From contig NC_091475.1 in assembly GCF_036971445.1 (NCBI RefSeq), positions 51,088,001-51,152,000 of the forward strand: a DNA stretch of 64,000 nucleotides, given 5' to 3'. Position numbers and translations under genes: made by a program. Below the pieces are notes generated by a model. It saw only the letters and a list, made by a program, of their open reading frames with translations, did not search any database and was not told the DNA's origin. The DNA comes from Narcine bancroftii. Lineage: Eukaryota. Shown in pieces: positions 61,887 through 64,000 of this stretch (positions within the stretch are counted from its first letter, which is position 1; each line of letters starts with the position of its first letter).

Positions 61887-61987
61887 GTTCAAGCTTCCGG
61901 TCTCTGCATCTGCAGATAATTGTCTGTTGACTTTGTATAGATACCTCGCTCTTCACCAAGCACACCAACAAATTGTCCTCAAAACTG
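61887..61987 (+). CDS. CFAP47: CFAP47 exon (RFKLPVSASADNCLLTLYRYLALH..VLKT); gene continues beyond window
   Basis: aacag| acceptor, g|gtaaat donor; 101 nt, phase 2 to 1; LPV.A.A.NC.LT.Y motif of CFAP47. Confidence 0.9.
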
Positions 61988-63107
61988 GTAAATATATAGT
62001 TATATATTGTAAGAATCGAGTAAACATGACATTATTGAACAGTGATTTTTTTCTTTAATTCACATAAACCTGAAGCAATAAAAAAGATCCAATGGTGATA
62101 TTGAATAAGTCTGTCACCAAAAACTTTGCAAAATATTTTCTTGCATTTTTTGCTCAACTGGCTGTCTGATGAAATCAAGCACATAACATATTTCTATTCT
62201 AATTATGTAATAAAATGAATTTTCATAAAACTCCATTATCCACTTCAAATGCTGGAAGCGTGTTTTTTTGAAAATTCATTCCAGGTTCTTCATGTGTATG
62301 CTTATGCATGAAGTCACATGCAATTCATACAATTGCATCAAGTAGCAAAATTCTTTTGCTCAGGTGAGATTTGTGTGTGAATCTCAAACTGTGAGGCAGG
62401 GCTTCACTGTTAATGGAAGAAAGCTTGACTTTTCCAGTCTACTGCCATAAGTCAGGACCAATCATTTTTTTCACATTGGGTTTCTCTTGTATAGTTTTCT
62501 AAATGTGCTCCTTGCTGCTGATGTGCTTTGACCACCAAACACAGCTCCTTCTTTCTTCATCTGCCTGTTCATTGGTTATCTCGTGTCTGAACTCATCCAG
62601 ACCCAATCTGTTGCATGTATTTGGGGAGGAGAGGGCAGGCAGGATGGATAGTGGTGCAGCAGGAAATGCTGCCATCATCTCAAGCAACCCTTAGTCATTC
62701 CTCATTTGCTGTCTGAGTAGTTTCCTCATTCCCCCTGTGTTCACATGGGTTTAACTTGAGATCTCTGGTTTCCTTCTTCACCCCAAGCAAGTTGCCTACT
62801 GTAAATTTTGCCGAGATTAGGAAAAGGGTAAGAAGAGAAAAAGAGATCGGTTGATGGGTATTTTTTTAAAGAAACGAAGTTGCAGGCAAATGGGAATATA
62901 ACAGTCAAGTGGAACAGAAACAGTTGTTTTGCTTGTGATGACATCAATCTGAGAGCCATGTGGCCTCCTGCTTTGTCAAAATGAACAGGAGTCCCAGTCA
63001 ATGCTTTTTCTAATGACCTATGTGACTTACAACCATCTGCACATACAACCAGATTTTTAAAAATTACATGAAATTTACGTGGTTTATATTATTTTTCACA
63101 AACGAGA

Positions 63108-63569
63108 ACAGGGCATATAAGAGCCAAAATGTGCATACTTACCTTGTTAGTGTTCCAGGGTCCCAGGGCTGGGCATGGCAACCTTGATTCCTGTGCAAAT
63201 ATGCGAGTCTTCAGAAGGTGCATGTGTGGTGGGTTCATGTAGAGGAGTTCAGTTGGCACATGCACGAGAATTAAGGATGCAAATTCAATACTGTCAGTGC
63301 GCTTAACTCTCATGCATGTATCAACTGAACTCCAATATGTGTACCTACAGCGCTTGCACAGTGGCTTCGCATGTTGTAGTTCAGTTGGCGCATACGTGAG
63401 CGTTAAGGATACAATTTCTATATTGTCAGTGCAGTATGCGCCAACTGAACTCCAATACGTGAATCCACTGAAGGCTCGCCCGTGTGCCAACTGAAAACTT
63501 GCACATGCGCACAGGCATCAAGATGGCCATGCCCAGCCCCGAGACCCTGGAATGCCGATGAACAAGGTA
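63108..63569. mobile_element. Palindromic MITE with two internal hairpin units
   Basis: Arms 63140-63212 and ~63490-63569 are imperfect reverse complements; the internal gagttcagttggc..ccaactgaactcc unit occurs twice. Confidence 0.8.
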
Positions 63570-64000
63570 GAATGTGGAAAGATTCGCCAAGGTTGATCGA
63601 CAAATTCAGGAAGCTTTAAGTTGTTAGATTCAAATGTACGATGATAAAAATATTTAATTAAAAAATTGTCCCCATGCATATGGGGACAATTCCATCTTGC
63701 ATCCATTCCAAGATATGACCGATTCTTTGGTCTCCATGACAGTCGTAAGTCAGGGAGTACCTGTATACATTTTCCAGGCCTGTGTATTTTGATCAGATTG
63801 TTTCTGCATTGGGTGTTGAATTGACAGTGATTCCATTGGAGTAAAATTTGATTGTTTTTTTTAAATTTTATCAACCATTGATGAAAACTGCAACAAAAAG
63901 CACTTGGTTCTCATTGATTAAAACAGATTAATTAAGTAAAGACAATCATAGAAATATAAGTGTAAAAGAGAATCACTCAATTTAAAAAAAAAATGTAAAA

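Noticed and set aside
1-64000. Prokaryotic operon, defence system or CRISPR array
   Set aside because: The DNA is spliced, vertebrate and repeat-rich; no regularly spaced direct repeats with unique spacers and no long intact ORFs.

Overview
Eukaryotic (vertebrate, very likely cartilaginous fish, judging by HE1-type V-SINEs and the CR1/Rex/RTE/Penelope repertoire) genomic DNA lying entirely inside one large + strand gene. Fifteen GT-AG exons (1-51, 869-1085, 8801-9045, 16879-17009, 21332-21454, 22925-23056, 23164-23241, 26499-26643, 30945-31039, 43256-43409, 44852-44952, 45086-45248, 46848-47046, 60018-60224, 61887-61987) splice with matching phases into about 710 uninterrupted codons that I recognise as the middle part of CFAP47. 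The introns are dominated by decayed, often nested retroelements (CR1, Rex1/Babar, L1, RTE/BovB-like, Penelope-like, two Gypsy proviruses, several solo LTRs, V-SINEs, MITEs), and there is one 172-N assembly gap. No prokaryotic system or CRISPR array is present. The most interesting signals are: (i) a Gypsy element whose primer-binding position has no tRNA match but a perfect 15-nt fold-back onto its own LTR (self-priming geometry), with a 3' LTR remnant starting exactly at the fold-back boundary; (ii) two short local direct duplications, each copied about 1.5-1.7 kb downstream across a CFAP47 exon; (iii) hammerhead-like cores at Penelope-like ends, including a small inverted-repeat derivative; (iv) a palindrome-within-palindrome MITE; (v) near-identical young RTE copies. 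Repeat family names come from recalled protein motifs, not database searches, and boundaries without a TSD are approximate.
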